A stretch of DNA of 64,000 bases, taken from Tubulanus polymorphus. Taxonomy: Eukaryota > Animalia > Nemertea. The notes below the pieces were generated by a model. The model worked only from the letters and a program-made list of their open reading frames with translations, was not told where the DNA came from and did not search any database. Both the position numbers and the translations under genes were made by a program. The stretch covers positions 1,732,416 to 1,796,415 of the forward strand of contig NC_134032.1 of NCBI RefSeq assembly GCF_964204645.1. Reading direction: 5' to 3'. Each line of letters starts with the position of its first letter. Within the stretch, counting starts at the first letter, position 1. Below are positions 50,790 through 64,000 of the stretch, piece by piece.

Positions 50790-50899
50790 GACCCAGTTCC
50801 ACAGTGTCGTGTGCTTAGATTTGACTCAGAGTTAACTAAAAAAAAATGAACTAATTTTATCTCGGAATTAACCCTAACTCACAACTGTGGAACTGGGTC
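50790..50899. mobile_element. MITE family 2 copy, CAG TSD
   Basis: GACCCAGTTCCACAGT...ACTGTGGAACTGGGTC flanked by CAG/CAG. Confidence 0.8.
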
Positions 50900-52859
50900 C
50901 AGGCGAGGTCTCAGCCCTTTCTGTTTCCGCTGTTTGCGGCTTCACATTTTCCGTTGCTTTATATTTTTCTGGTTTATATATTTTACAGGAAGCTGTATTA
51001 ACAGTTCGTAATCTTGCTAAATTGATCGGGGGTCGCGCCGCCGCCGGCACAGATGATACCACAATGGATTGAACAAACGAATTTTAAGTCTCAATTCAGA
51101 AAAAGTAGGTTCCAATTTCGAATCAATTTACAGTTGCTCGACTTTGACTATTCTAGATTGCCGTAGAATTAGTTAAATCTATTGCGAATGGTTTTTTTAT
51201 ATGTTTCTACGAATCCATTGATAATTCGACTTGAAACGTTTTATCTATAGCTGTATCGATCGAAATTTCATTTTAACATTTTGTAGAATATCTAAAAAAT
51301 ATCGTCCATCGAATATGTTTGAAATACATTCTGAATAATGTTGCAGTTTAAATGTACAGGGTCAGTCAGCTATTGAACTCTGGTGTCCGATAGCATTTCA
51401 CATAGGAGTTATCGGTCTGATTACTCTAAAGATTTCATATTGTCCATTGAACCACTTTATCAGGCAAAACTGCTTATTTTCTATGCATTAATACATTGTC
51501 ATCTGATATTTGAAAGATATTTGAATTGAACCAGTTCTAAGGATTCATTCTAACCGATCTGATATGAATAGAAACATGATTATAATAGATTTATTTGTTT
51601 CAGATCAGACATTCCTCACTCTCTCATCAGCGCCGATACCAGGAAGCCGATTGACTATAGACCTTTCCAAATAGTTCCTGATGTCAATTATTGGTGGTGA
51701 GTATAGATTGTTGTTAATACTGGATATGTGTAGGCTTACATATATCGAGTCAAATCGAAAAGTTTTCTCATTTTATTGCGTTTTTTGCAGATTAGCCCTT
51801 CTTGCTCAGGGCCTTATTGCTGTTATCAATGTTTACCAAACCAACAAATACGCAGTCGACTCCAGACCTTTCTCAATTTCTCAGGAGCCTTTTGCTGCCG
51901 ATACATGCTGACTAAACCGACGACTGGCCCGATAGATGACTCGTGGAATCTGACTACAGTAGCCTGGACGCCACGACTTTCAAGGAAGGGATACATTTTC
52001 AGAATAATCCATGAAGCCCCACTCATAAATTGGTAAGTAGACATTTCATCTGTTTAATAGTTAAGCAAGCTAGTTAGGTTAGTTTAGTTTAGGCTTATTG
52101 AACATGTGGACCCTCGTTACAGCAAACTCAAATACAGTAGACCCCTGGTACTCCTAACTCGTATTAATTTGTGACCAGTGATTTGTATTTGAGTTTTAAG
52201 TAAATTAATCAATATTCTATCTATTGTTGCATAGTTCTACAATTTCAGTTCAAGTTAAATATGGTCACTCGATATTAAAGGATTTGAGTTAAGAGTAGTT
52301 CTACCGGATTATAATTCATCTCGTAAAGATCGATTCATTCCATGAACTGGATTATGAAATGTAAAACCGACTTGTAGCCCGCTTGTAACCGGTTCAATCG
52401 TCCTAGACATTTATGAACAGCGCCGTAGTTTAATCATCGCACGTTTGATCAGCTATCGAATCGAAAAGCATTTTTGAATGTTAGGTAGGCTACCCCAATA
52501 GGCTACCTTTTAAAAAAGACTGGAAAAACAAAACATCATTCGTAAATTAGAACGTTTATATTTCTTTTTTTTGTGAAGAATCATTTTGAATATTATAGTT
52601 ATAATGGTGAATTGGTCCATTTGGAGAGAAAGCAAAATCGTGTACAGTCGTCTAAGACTAGAACAGTAAATATATCTCCAACTAGCTTTACTTAACTTTA
52701 CTTTACTTTATTTGACAAACTCTTGGTCCTAATACAAGGACAATTTGAGTGATATATACATTACATGCGACGTACAGTTGGTAGATACCTATTAACTATT
52801 GGTTTACATGCGAGCTATTTTTAAGGTTTAGCGAAAAATCTTAAATAATTTTACCAATA

Positions 52860-53640
52860 AGAATACACAATTTACGAAGTTCCTCTCTGTCTTTGGTTTG
52901 CATTAATAACTTATGTTTGAAAAGGTTGGAGTTCGTATAAAATCTGCTGTCTGTTTAATTAATAATTCAATATAAGCTTTATTCAAATTTCGTGACAATT
53001 TGGGCACATTTTTGGTATATAAATTTTTATCAGTAATAGACACAAAACAAGTAAGATGATCTGATAAACATGTAGTGATTATACTAGATTTAGAATTATT
53101 ATGCAATTTAAGTAGATAATATCAATGAGGGTTGTGTTTTATGGGTGATTCTAGTAGGTCGAAATATTGTTGGCAGTTTATCGTTAGAAATATCAATACC
53201 AAGGAAATTAGCTATATTTCTATGAATATTTAGTTTTGAATAATCAAAGGTCTAGTCCATACTGAGTACGACATTCATTCTTACTAATTTCACTTTATTC
53301 GAAATGGTTTCATAATCCTGAAAAACGGTATTAATTCGTTTGAACCAGGGACACGGTACAACTCACCGACTACAAGATTTTCACTGACTTTACCTGATTT
53401 CAACAAAGCAGGTTTCAAGTTTACCGCTCTTTGAAAATACTTAGATCATCTATAGGTTTGACTGAGAGTTTTTTTTATTTATATAGCTCGCAACACCTGC
53501 TCGATTACGAGTGTTCCTGTGTTTTTTCTATAAGTTCATATCCTGGTAAATGACATATGGGTAGTTTATCTTTCACGGTTTCACATAGAAGAAGTAAATG
53601 TAATATCAATATCAGCCATTTTAAGTTTATGTATCATAGT
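52860..53640 (-). mobile_element. Degraded LINE APE-endonuclease fragment
   Basis: Minus-strand peptides NLVVGELYRVPGS, PTRITHK..LID and LSDHL, interrupted by stops and frameshifts. Confidence 0.7.
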
Positions 53641-54096
53641 TTTTAGCTAACAGTCACTGACTGTTTTTAGGTAACACCCAGCAGTGAATTTGTGTTCATT
53701 GTTTAATTGGGCAGAGGCTCGTAGAGATCGATACTTTTTTTCTTACAGTCTTGTCGACTACTTCCTAATATATCTTATCATTCATGGTCCAGACACTTTG
53801 TCGTAGAAATCCGAATAGAATCGCTGTCGTTACATGCCAAATTTCATGACCAAACAACAAATCGATTTCGCACAAAATGGTTACAAAAAACGACAATTTA
53901 TCCTTATATAGATATCTGTTCGGTCAAGGACGATTAACCGGGTCTCAACGGAATTTTTGGTCACGTGATCGGGTTTGACTATTTCACGTAATGGCTCCTT
54001 TTATCGTTGTATGTAAATATACGGTTCCGGGTTCGTAGATTGTGTTCACTACGAAGGGTGATTCTAAAAAAAAAAACGCAACAGATGTTACCTTCG

Positions 54097-55261
54097 CTAA
54101 TTTACACTTGTCGTAGAGTTTTCTCGTAGGGACACAGAGGAGGTTAGCTCGGTGGGCACAGGACGGCGCTACGGCCCACCGGCGAATTCATGATAGCGCG
54201 AGTGACTTTTGAGCGACAGGATTTTGTGTTTCGCGACCGATAAGATGGCCACCTCGTTTGTCAGACCCTTGTAACTACAATCAAGGTCACCGCATTTTCA
54301 AATACACGTATCTTCAATTTGATAATCTCTTAAATGAATTTGCCAATTATGTGAATCTATGCGAGGTTGATTACATCAACCCCAGCAGGGATTCGAACCT
54401 GATGGCATCGAGATTGCCACTGCACGAAACCCTGCCACACTAGACCGAGCGTGCAGCTACACTCGCAGCTTAGATGATGTCATTATGAGCCAATCAGATA
54501 TCCCGTTTTATTTAAGCCCGGGTTTTCCCAGTTATGGTTCTTACGTGAAATTTACCTCAGCGATTATACAACGAGTAATCTGATTGGTGCCCATCCTCGC
54601 TTGCCAGGGGTCCGGTATCACTCCCGAACTCGCTTCCATCAGCCCCCTGGCCTCGCGAAGCGTGATTTCATTACTGGCGCTGTTGCGCATGACGTCATAT
54701 ATCGATTTGCGAAATACTTCCTTGTTCAGTAAAACGTTCGCTGATTGGTCCATTTAACGGGAAAACCAATAGAAGCCTAAAGTCGTTTGTTACAAGCGCT
54801 GTGATTGGTACGACCGGTTTCTGGTCGACTAGTAACAACTCCAACGACTCGCGAGGTCAAGGGGTTCGGCGAACAGCTTTAGCGTAGTGGGTTCGAATCC
54901 TTTGACGGGTGAAGATGATTGGTGCCCCGCAAGCCAAGTAAACCTGCGCACCCGGTCTAGTGTGGCAGGGGCTCGTGCCGTGGCTGAGTGTAGCGATGCC
55001 ATCAGGTTTGAATCCTGCCGTGGGAGGGTTGATCGATTATAGTTTTCCCTCTTAACTGAATGAAAAGTTCGGTCCCGTCTGATATCCAGCGACGAGTCGG
55101 CAACGGGGGCATCCTCAGAAGATTGCAGATGGCGTTGTTGAAATCGGCTTGAAATTTCTTATGAATTTTGTGAGATTTTGAATAAAGTTCACATGGAAAT
55201 CATTTGTTCAGTTGTGTCAGTTTTTTTCACAATGGTCAGACCTACGACAAGTGTAAATTAG
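54097..55261. mobile_element. 1.17-kb non-autonomous element with 20-bp perfect TIR and internal inverted repeats
   Basis: CTAATTTACACTTGTCGTAG (54097-54116) pairs with CTACGACAAGTGTAAATTAG (55242-55261); inner inverted pair ~54380-54457 and ~54943-55024. Confidence 0.65.
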
Positions 55262-57465
55262 AATTTCTTTATTTATTTGAACAATTCCTGCACATGTGTA
55301 AAACCATGAGACAAGTTCAATACACTGAAGTGAAGCTGCCATTGACCTGGCGCAATTAGATACCGAATCAAATACTTCCTAATCTGTGGTTATAAAAAGT
55401 GACATCTGTTGCGTTATCAAAACTACCAGCACGTCAGATTGGGATGCTCTAAGGACGCTGTGTCATTCTGCTCGTGCTGAAGATGGACTTCTCCGCCCGC
55501 TGCTGCTGCTGCTGCTGCCGCTGTTCCGATACATTTGACATTGTCGTGATTCTATAGGTAAGTGAATTGTTTAGCCACCCGAAATAGTCAAACCAGTACA
55601 GTTTGTGTTAACGAGGGTCCACTCCGTAGTGCAGGTATCAATTTGTAACCAGGAACCACTCCTTCAGACGTTTACCATTTCTAGCTAAGCGTTGACGACC
55701 AGTTATTAGCTCCACAGTGTGAACGAAGTTTTAAGCCGCGGACTCGATTCAGTCGGCCGACTCTGTCGCTGGCGATTTTATCTCAGATTTGATCGCCGAG
55801 AGTTATAGCTGACACACTAGGTTGGGCTATCGTAGCATGATAACGGCGCCATGGTTAGCGAATGTCGATGACGTCACTAATTTGACAGGTTCGAATCCCA
55901 TAATTACCAATCATTGCTTCCATATATACAACAGCCCATACATTTTCAACGCGGCGTTGAATTTGCATCGATGTTTTTTTCGCAAATGCTAGTCTTCAAT
56001 GAAAAAAAGGTGTTAGGAAGATCCCCTAAGTTCCACCTTTTGAAAATATACCGAAATTTTCACAATAAATTTTCATTCCTTCGATTTGACGTTGCATTGA
56101 ATAGAGATGCGTGGAAAATGGCAGACCTACGATATCTTTAGACTCCGAGATGTTAGCTCAACTTGTTAAACTTCGTCTTTTAGCGTGGTGCTTATTCGCA
56201 CTATCATGGCATCATCTACACCCGGATTAGGCTAAAACTTTCGAATGAATAATCAGCCATTTTGTTTTTTGAAAATAAAATCAATTAATGTTCGTATTAT
56301 AACAATCTGGGCTAAGCTTTCAAACATGCAAGTTAAAAACTCGCAGTTGTCTTTCCTCGCTTAGTAAGTTTGGTTTTTTATATCGGTGTCTGTTCAGTTC
56401 CGATATAGGCCTACGCGCTGAGACCTAACTTACGAGTGCTGGACAATGTTATTCCATTGACTCCCCACCCGTACATACATTTTGAAAGAGCCCCCTCAAA
56501 TCAACGAATTAGACATGACACGACACTTAATCCAACTTAATAGAACTTTTGACCTACCTTCACTTACTATATGGGCTAGTATTAACTAAGAATGAGATAA
56601 AGATCGGTTTGCTGTAATCTATTTTGTCTCAGACATATGTTTGACGTAATTTTGGATATATCTCGTCCATTAAGTAAGTATATTTGTTTGAGAAACTCCC
56701 CCTACCAGAAAAGTACGTACAATTCTCTTTAGCCCCCCATACGAGGTTTGTACATTATTCTTTAACCCCCCCCCCCTCCACCCCTAAAATCGTACGTACT
56801 ATCTGAACACTCCCCAGGTAATTGACATTAAATAGATTTACATAAAAAATTTTGACAATTCATTAAACCACGTTCTGAATTCATTTAATTCTAGATAAAC
56901 TCTAAACTATTATTTCGAACAATACTTCTATTCAGATGATTTTAATGTTTGCCGCCACCGCTAGGAGCGCTAGTGTTCGGTCACCTAGGCCAAAGTCGAA
57001 ATGAGAAGTAAATCGTCCGAAGTCGACAGTTTGAGTAAAATTTAACGAAATCAACGAAGTATAAACCATAAAGAGCCACCGGTCACTGAAGATTGAAGTA
57101 TTTTATAATTTTTCAGTACATCGATGTACTGTTATATGCCTTTAAATCCTAAAAAAACTACTTTAAATAAGATTAATCAGCAATGCAATAGCAATCGCTG
57201 TTACAGGCCCATAGATGGCAGCACTATACGGTCATTGAATTATCAGACCGGAAAGATTATTCTGGAAACATCCGAATTCTCCCGATGACACAGATTGATC
57301 ACTACAATTTTCAGGTAAAAATACAGTTATCTAAGTACTTGACTAGTTTCGTACGCGTCAGTTAGATCGATAAATGATACCAATAAAACGAGAAAACAAC
57401 AGAATTATGACTGTAAAACTGTAGATGTTGAGATTCCATCACGAAGCTGTGGCAAGCGAGTATAC

Positions 57466-57540
57466 TAGACTGGGTGCCTGTCCCATTCAATATGAATACG
57501 GTCTCTATCTAATTGAAGATAGAGACCGGTAACCAGTCTA
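57466..57540. mobile_element. 75-bp element with TAGACTGG...CCAGTCTA termini and 10-bp TSD (AcademH-like non-autonomous)
   Basis: GCGAGTATAC directly repeated at 57456-57465 and 57541-57550; internal hairpin. Confidence 0.75.
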
Positions 57541-57768
57541 GCGAGTATACGTGTTGCGTAGATTATCGTGTGATGGATAAGACTTCTGCGATAAAATCGT
57601 CAAAAAGAGCTACGAAACCAATTCAAAATATAGATTTGATCATCCCCCCAAAAAATTAAAACACTTGGAACCTTCTAGAATTTGGAGTTTGCAAGAGTAG
57701 GGGATCTCTGTTTGAATGTAGTTCTAGGATGAATACAAAAGTCACTGGCATTTTGCCTTTGAGTTACA

Positions 57769-57806
57769 TTACGATTACGATTACGATTACGATTACGATT
57801 ACGATT
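57769..57806. repeat. (TTACGA)n microsatellite, possibly a minus-strand retroelement tail
   Basis: About 6 copies adjacent to TTTATT. Confidence 0.8.
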
Positions 57807-59046
57807 TTATTTACACTCCAACCATTTCCATGGTATATGGAGGAAAACTATTACACGTGTATATACAAATATTTAGAAAACGACACCGAAGTGATTAAAA
57901 TTTAGAGAATGACCCAACACTAGCGCCGCTAACGGCGGTGGCTTACATTAAAATCATCTGGATAAAATAATTCGATTAAAATTGTTCGAAAGTTTAGATC
58001 GAGTTTCGCGCAACCATAAACTTTAAGTGAGGTAACTGTAATCTATGCGTATAGTCCATTCTTAGTGAGCGGCAACAACTCGCTGGGATTCGAATCTAAT
58101 CCGTTACGTCATCGACATTCGCTAACCGTTTATCAGGTTTTCTTTTTCTACTGATTCGTTGTTAATGGGCTACCCGAAAAACCAGCTATCCCGTCAGATG
58201 GCGTGACGAGCAGTGTAGGTCGTTCGTTGTCAATATTAGTTTTTTTTCGGGGATGTCCTCCTCAAATAATATGTAAAATTTCAATTCATATGCAGTAATC
58301 AAACAAAATTGTTATACCCATGTTCATATATTTGAGAAATTAAATTAATCCATTCATCAATTACTTTTGAACCGAATTTTTAGACTCCTGGATCCGTATA
58401 CTATCACAGGACACACCAAATATGAAAAACTTTCATTCTTCTTATCAGATATGGATATAGTTTTCATAAATAATCCAAGAGAAAACTTCATTTAGATTTA
58501 AATAAAATGTAGAAGGAAATTGAGCGCGGACGACTAACTACGTATCTACTAGCGGACCTAGTGGATCCTCGCCTGCCATACGTGGAATCCTCGATTGCCA
58601 CAGTAGTACTCTGCGGGTACCACATCGACGATCATGTCACTTGATTATGATTAAAAAAAACTTGAAACTTGCTCCTAAGCTATCGTGCTCCGTTGCTTGC
58701 CGATTGTTTGCGGATAATGTGCGGTCTTATTACGTTCATTTTCGATTGACTTAAGTTCATAAGTCGTCGTTAAATCTAAAGACTGGTCTTAAGCTGTTAG
58801 ATTAGCTATAGAACTAAGATAGTCATAGACTGGTCTTAGGTCTAAGCCATGACCTGGACATTCGATGATAATACGGAGTTGGTGGTACCGACTGTCCGAG
58901 GGAGCTGAAAGGACCGAATTGATTCCTGCTCATAAACTTAGAATAGTAGTGTTTAGAATAAATCAAAAACACCCTGAATAATTACTTGTATTGTAAAACT
59001 GGTGTCTCTAGATCCTATCCGTCACAACCACCTTTTCAAATGTACA

Positions 59047-62000
59047 ATTAATTACTGGGGTCTCTGTAATCACTACTTATCCTCGACAACAGTTAGTTCG
59101 AACCCCACTTAAGATGAATCTGTTGTTATAATTAATTTCTGAGGTCTCTGTAATCACTACTTATCCTTGACAACAGTTAGTTCGAACCCCACTTAAGATG
59201 AATCTGTTGTTATAATTAATTTCTGGGGTCTCTGTAATCACTACTTATCCTCGACAACAGTTAGTTCGAACCCCACTTAGGTTGAATCTGTTGTTATAAT
59301 TAATTTCTGAGGTCTCTGTAATCACTACTTATCCTCGACAACAGTTAGTTCGAACCCCACTTAAGATGAATCTGTTGTTATAATTAATTTCTGGGGTCTC
59401 TGTAATCACTACTTATCCTCGACAACAGTTAGTTCGAACCCCACTTAAGATGAATCTGTTGTTATAATTAATTTCTGGGGTCTTTGCAATCACTACTTAT
59501 CCTCGACAACAGTTAGTTCGAACCCCACTTAAGTTGAATCTGTTGTTATAATTAATTTCTGGGGTCTCTGTAATCACTACTTATCCTCGACAACAGTTAG
59601 TTCGAACCCCACTTAAGATGAATCTGTTGTTATAATTAATTTCTGGGGTCTCTGTAATCACTACTTATCCTCGACAACAGTTAGTTCGAACCCCACTTAA
59701 GATGAATCTGTTGTTATAATTAATCTCTGGGGTCTCTGTAATCACTACTTATCCTCGACAACAGTTAGTTCGAACCCCACTTAAGTTGAATCTGTTGTTA
59801 TAATTAATTTCTGGGGTCTCTGTAATCACTACTTATCCTCGACAACAGTTAGTTCGAACCCCACTTAAGATGAATCTGTTGTTATAATTAATTTCTGGGG
59901 TCTCTGTAATCACTACTTATCCTCGACAACAGTTAGTTCGAACCCCACTTAAGATGAATCTGTTGTTATAATTAATTTCTGGGGTCTCTGTAATCATTAC
60001 TTATCCTCGACAACAGTTAGTTCGAACCCCACTTAAGATGAATCTGTTGTTATAATTAATTTCTGGGGTCTCTGTAATCACTACTTATCCTCGACAACAG
60101 TTAGTTCGAACCCCACTTAAGATGAATCTGTTGTTATAATTAATTTCTGGGGTCTCTGTAATCATTACTTATCCTCGACAACAGTTAGTTCGAACCCCAC
60201 TTAAGATGAATCTGTTGTTATAATTAATTTCTGGGGTTTCTGTAATCACTACTTATCCTCGACAACAGTTAGTTCGAACCCCACTTAAGATGAATCTGTT
60301 GTTATAATTAATTTCCGGGTTCTCTGTAATCACTACTTATCCTCGACAACAGTTAGTTCGAACCCCACTTAAGATGAATCTGTTGTTATAATTAATTTCC
60401 GGGTTCTCTGTAATCACTACTTATCCTCGACAACAGTTAGTTCGAACCCCACTTAAGTTGAATCTGTTGTTATAATTAATTTCTGGGGTCTCTGTAATCA
60501 CTACTTATCCTCGACAACAGTTAGTTCGAACCCCACTTAAGATGAATCTGTTGTTATAATTAATTTCTGGGGTCTCTGTAATCATTACTTATCCTCGACA
60601 ACAGTTAGTTCGAACCCCACTTAAGATGAATCTGTTGTTATAATTAATTTCTGGGGTCTCTGTAATCACTACTTATCCTCGACAACAGTTAGTTCGAACC
60701 CCACTTAAGATGAATCTGTTGTTATAATTAATTTCCGGGTTCTCTGTAATCACTACTTATCCTCGACAACAGTTAGTTCGAACCCCACTTAAGTTGAATC
60801 TGTTGTTATAATTAATTTCTGGGGTCTCTGTAATCACTACTTATCCTCGACAACAGTTAGTTCGAACCCCACTTAAGATGAATCTGTTGTTATAATTAAT
60901 TTCTGGGGTCTCTGTAATCACTACTTATCCTCGTCAACAGTTAGTTCGAACCCCACTTAAGATGAATCTGTTGTTATAATTAATCTCTGGGGTCTCTGTA
61001 ATCACTACTTATCCTCGACAACAGTTAGTTCGAACCCCACTAAAGATGAATCTGTTGTTATAATTAATTTCCGGGTTCTCTGTAATCACTACTTATCCTC
61101 GACAACAGTTAGTTCGAACCCCACTTAAGATGAATCTGTTGTTATAATTAATTTCTGGGGTCTCTGTTATCACTACTTATCATCGACAACAGTTAGTTCG
61201 AACCCCACTTAAGATGAATCTGTTGAAATAATTAATTTCCGGGGTCTCTGTTATCACTACTTATCATCGACAACAGTTAGTTCGAACCCCACTTAAGATG
61301 AATCTGTTGTTATAATTAATTTCTGGGGTCTCTGTAATCACTACTTATCCTCGACAACAGTTAGTTCGAACCCCACTTAAGATGAATCTGTTGTTATAAT
61401 TAATTTCTGGGGTCTCTGTAATCATTACTTATCCTCGACAACAGTTAGTTCGAACCCCACTTAAGATGAATCTGTTGTTATAATTAATTTCTGGGGTCTC
61501 TGTAATCACTACTTATCCTCGACAACAGTTAGTTCGAACCCCACTTAAGATGAATCTGTTGTTATAATTAATTTCCGGGTTCTCTGTAATCACTACTTAT
61601 CCTCGACAACAGTTAGTTCGAACCCCACTTAAGTTGAATCTGTTGTTATAATTAATTTCTGGGGTCTCTGTAATCACTACTTATCCTCGACAACAGTTAG
61701 TTCGAACCCCACTTAAGATGAATCTGTTGTTATAATTAATTTCTGGGGTCTCTGTAATCACTACTTATCCTCGTCAACAGTTAGTTCGAACCCCACTTAA
61801 GATGAATCTGTTGTTATAATTAATCTCTGGGGTCTCTGTAATCACTACTTATCCTCGACAACAGTTAGTTCGAACCCCACTTAAGATGAATCTGTTGTTA
61901 TAATTAATTTCCGGGTTCTCTGTAATCACTACTTATCCTCGACAACAGTTAGTTCGAACCCCACTTAAGATGAATCTGTTGTTATAATTAATTTCTGGGG

Positions 62001-62651
62001 TCTCTGTTATCACTACTTATCATCGACAACAGTTAGTTCGAACCCCACTTAAGATGAATCTGTTGAAATAATTAATTTCCGGGGTCTCTGTTATCACTAC
62101 TTATCATCGACAACAGTTAGTTCGAACCCCACTTAAGATGAATCTGTTGTTATAATTAATTTCTGGGTTCTCTGTAATCACTACTTATCCTCGACAACAG
62201 TTAGTTCGAACCCCACTTAAGTTGAATCTGTTGTTATAATTAATTTCTGAGGTCTCTGTAATCACTACTTATCCTTGACAACAGTTAGTTCGAACCCCAC
62301 TTAAGTTGAATCTGTTGTTATAATTAATTTCTGGGGTCTCTGTAATCACTACTTATCCTCGACAACAGTTAGTTCGAACCCCACTTAAGATGAATCTGTT
62401 GTTATAATTAATTTCTGGGTTCTCTGTAATCACTACTTATCCTCGACAACAGTTAGTTCGAACCCCACTTAAGTTGAATCTGTTGTTATAATTAATTACT
62501 GGGTTCTCTGTAATCACTACTTATCCTCGACAACAGTTAGTTCGAACCCCACTTAAGATGAATCTGTTGTTATAATTAATTTCTGGGGTCTCTGTAATCA
62601 TTACTTATCCTCGACAACAGTTAATTCGAACCCCACTTAAGATGAATCTGT
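59047..62651. repeat. 84-bp satellite, ~43 copies
   Basis: Unit TTCTGGGGTCTCTGTAATCACTACTTATCCTCGACAACAGTTAGTTCGAACCCCACTTAAGATGAATCTGTTGTTATAATTAAT; 420-bp line periodicity equals 5 units. Confidence 0.97.
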
Positions 62652-62999
62652 CCAAATCTGATTCGTCCAGTTCACATTCATTGGCCTCATCATTTAAGTT
62701 TTTCCATAAAAACCATTAATTGCAAAACAACAACCAAAAAATTACGATCTTCTCGAAATTTTATTAAATCAAATTTATTAACTATTCACTGGTATGATTG
62801 TCAAATACAATAGGCCCAACCTTGCACCTTTAGATGTTCAACCTTCTTACAACGTCATCCTACAAAATGAAAATGTGTTGAAAATAATCACAATGTAAAT
62901 GCGAAAATAAGGGATATTCATACGAAAGGTGTTTGTGACGGAAGGATACTTCTCTCCCCAACGATTCTTTTCAGATATTCAACGAATGCCGAATTTAAG

Positions 63000-63830
63000 A
63001 GGTCGCAGATGGTGCCGGTATTTCGTGTGCACTCATGGGTGACGAGAAAAAAAGGCCGGCAGATGGCGGTACCGGTCGATTTTTTTTTTCATTTTCGTCA
63101 CACACGTGTAAGCACACAAAAAAATCGACAGAGGCAGGGGTATTTCGTGTTCACTCAAGCGTGACGATTTTGGAAGTTTTTTTCACTCAAAACTCGTCAC
63201 GCTTGAGTGAACACGAAATACCCTTACCCCTGTCGTTTTTTTTCTTTTCTTCGTCACGCATGAGTAAGCACAAAAAAATCGACCGGTCCTGGGGTATTTC
63301 GTGTTCACTCAAGCGTGACGATTTTGGAAGTTTTTTCACTCAAAACTCGTCACGCTTGAGTGAACACGAAATACCCCGGTACAGGTCGATTTTTTTCTTT
63401 TTTTCGTCTCACATGAGTAATCACAAAAAAAAATCGACCGGTACAGGGGTATTTTGTGTTCACTCATGCGTGACGAGTTTTCAATGAAAAAACTTCCAAA
63501 ATCGTCACGCTTGAGTGAACACGAAATACCCCGGTACCGGTAGACTTTTTTTCGTGATTAATCATGCGTAACGAAAAAAAGGAAAAAATCGCCGGTACAG
63601 GGGGTATTTTGTGTTCACTCAAGCGTGACGATTTTGGGTGAAAAAACTTCTAATCCTCAAGCGTGACGAGTTTTCAATGAAAAAACTTCCAAAATCGTCA
63701 CGCTTGAGTGAACACGAAATACCCCTGTACCGATCGACTTTTTGTCGTCGTCACGCATGAGTGCACACGAAATGGCCCATCCATGCGCCTCTGCCCGGGC
63801 CACGCTTGAGTGCCTCTATCGACGTCACGC
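63000..63830. repeat. Foldback-like nested palindromic repeat
   Basis: Multiple direct and inverted copies of GTATTTCGTGTTCACTCAAGCGTGACGA and TCGTCACGCTTGAGTGAACACGAAATAC. Confidence 0.8.
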
Positions 63831-64000
63831 GCTTATGATGATGGAATCAGTCGCATGAATATGAAACTGAATATGATATACTGAAGAGCATGAAGTGGAG
63901 CTGACCTTGTTCTACAATGTCGGCTCCACTTCCCTGCGACAGACGACACAAGTAAATGGCGTTTAATCATAAACAACTTTTAGACAGTTTTAGCATGATT

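Noticed and set aside
57501-57541. Helitron 3' end (hairpin then CTAG)
   Set aside because: The perfect 10-bp TSD and TIRs are inconsistent with Helitrons, which make no TSD.
59047-62651. CRISPR array or HDV-like ribozyme array (84 nt, TCCTCG resembles the HDV L3 loop)
   Set aside because: No unique spacers or cas genes. P3 and P1 helices of the HDV fold cannot be paired, and there is no hammerhead core on either strand.
63035-63487. 150-aa ORF
   Set aside because: Translation of the palindromic repeat with low-complexity duplicated peptides.

Overview
AT-rich animal (invertebrate, species not identifiable from sequence alone) genomic DNA with spliceosomal introns, not prokaryotic. It holds a rearranged gene cluster: six intact intronless paralogues (plus one transposon-truncated stub) of one divergent rhodopsin-class GPCR family, two copies of a second peptide-receptor-like GPCR, two intronless head-to-head MATE (SLC47-like) transporters, two inverted copies of a 5-exon METTL27-like SAM methyltransferase (one decaying), a 5-exon orphan GPCR with a long C-tail, and a secreted protein that fuses a dermatopontin/amebocyte-aggregation-factor domain to an aerolysin/ETX-MTX2-like beta-pore-forming domain. 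An array of about 24 ROR/Rev-erb-type sites lies upstream of that gene. The first 19 kb is an 11,128-bp tandem duplication joined by a 12-exon pogo/Fot1-like DD35D transposon. Non-coding highlights: a 69-bp tandem array whose minus strand encodes minimal type-I hammerhead ribozymes, a Penelope-type palindrome containing another intact hammerhead, several MITE families, SINE/LINE remnants, and a 3.6-kb 84-bp satellite with a 10-mer higher-order repeat. Family assignments come from manual motif recognition; no database searches were run.
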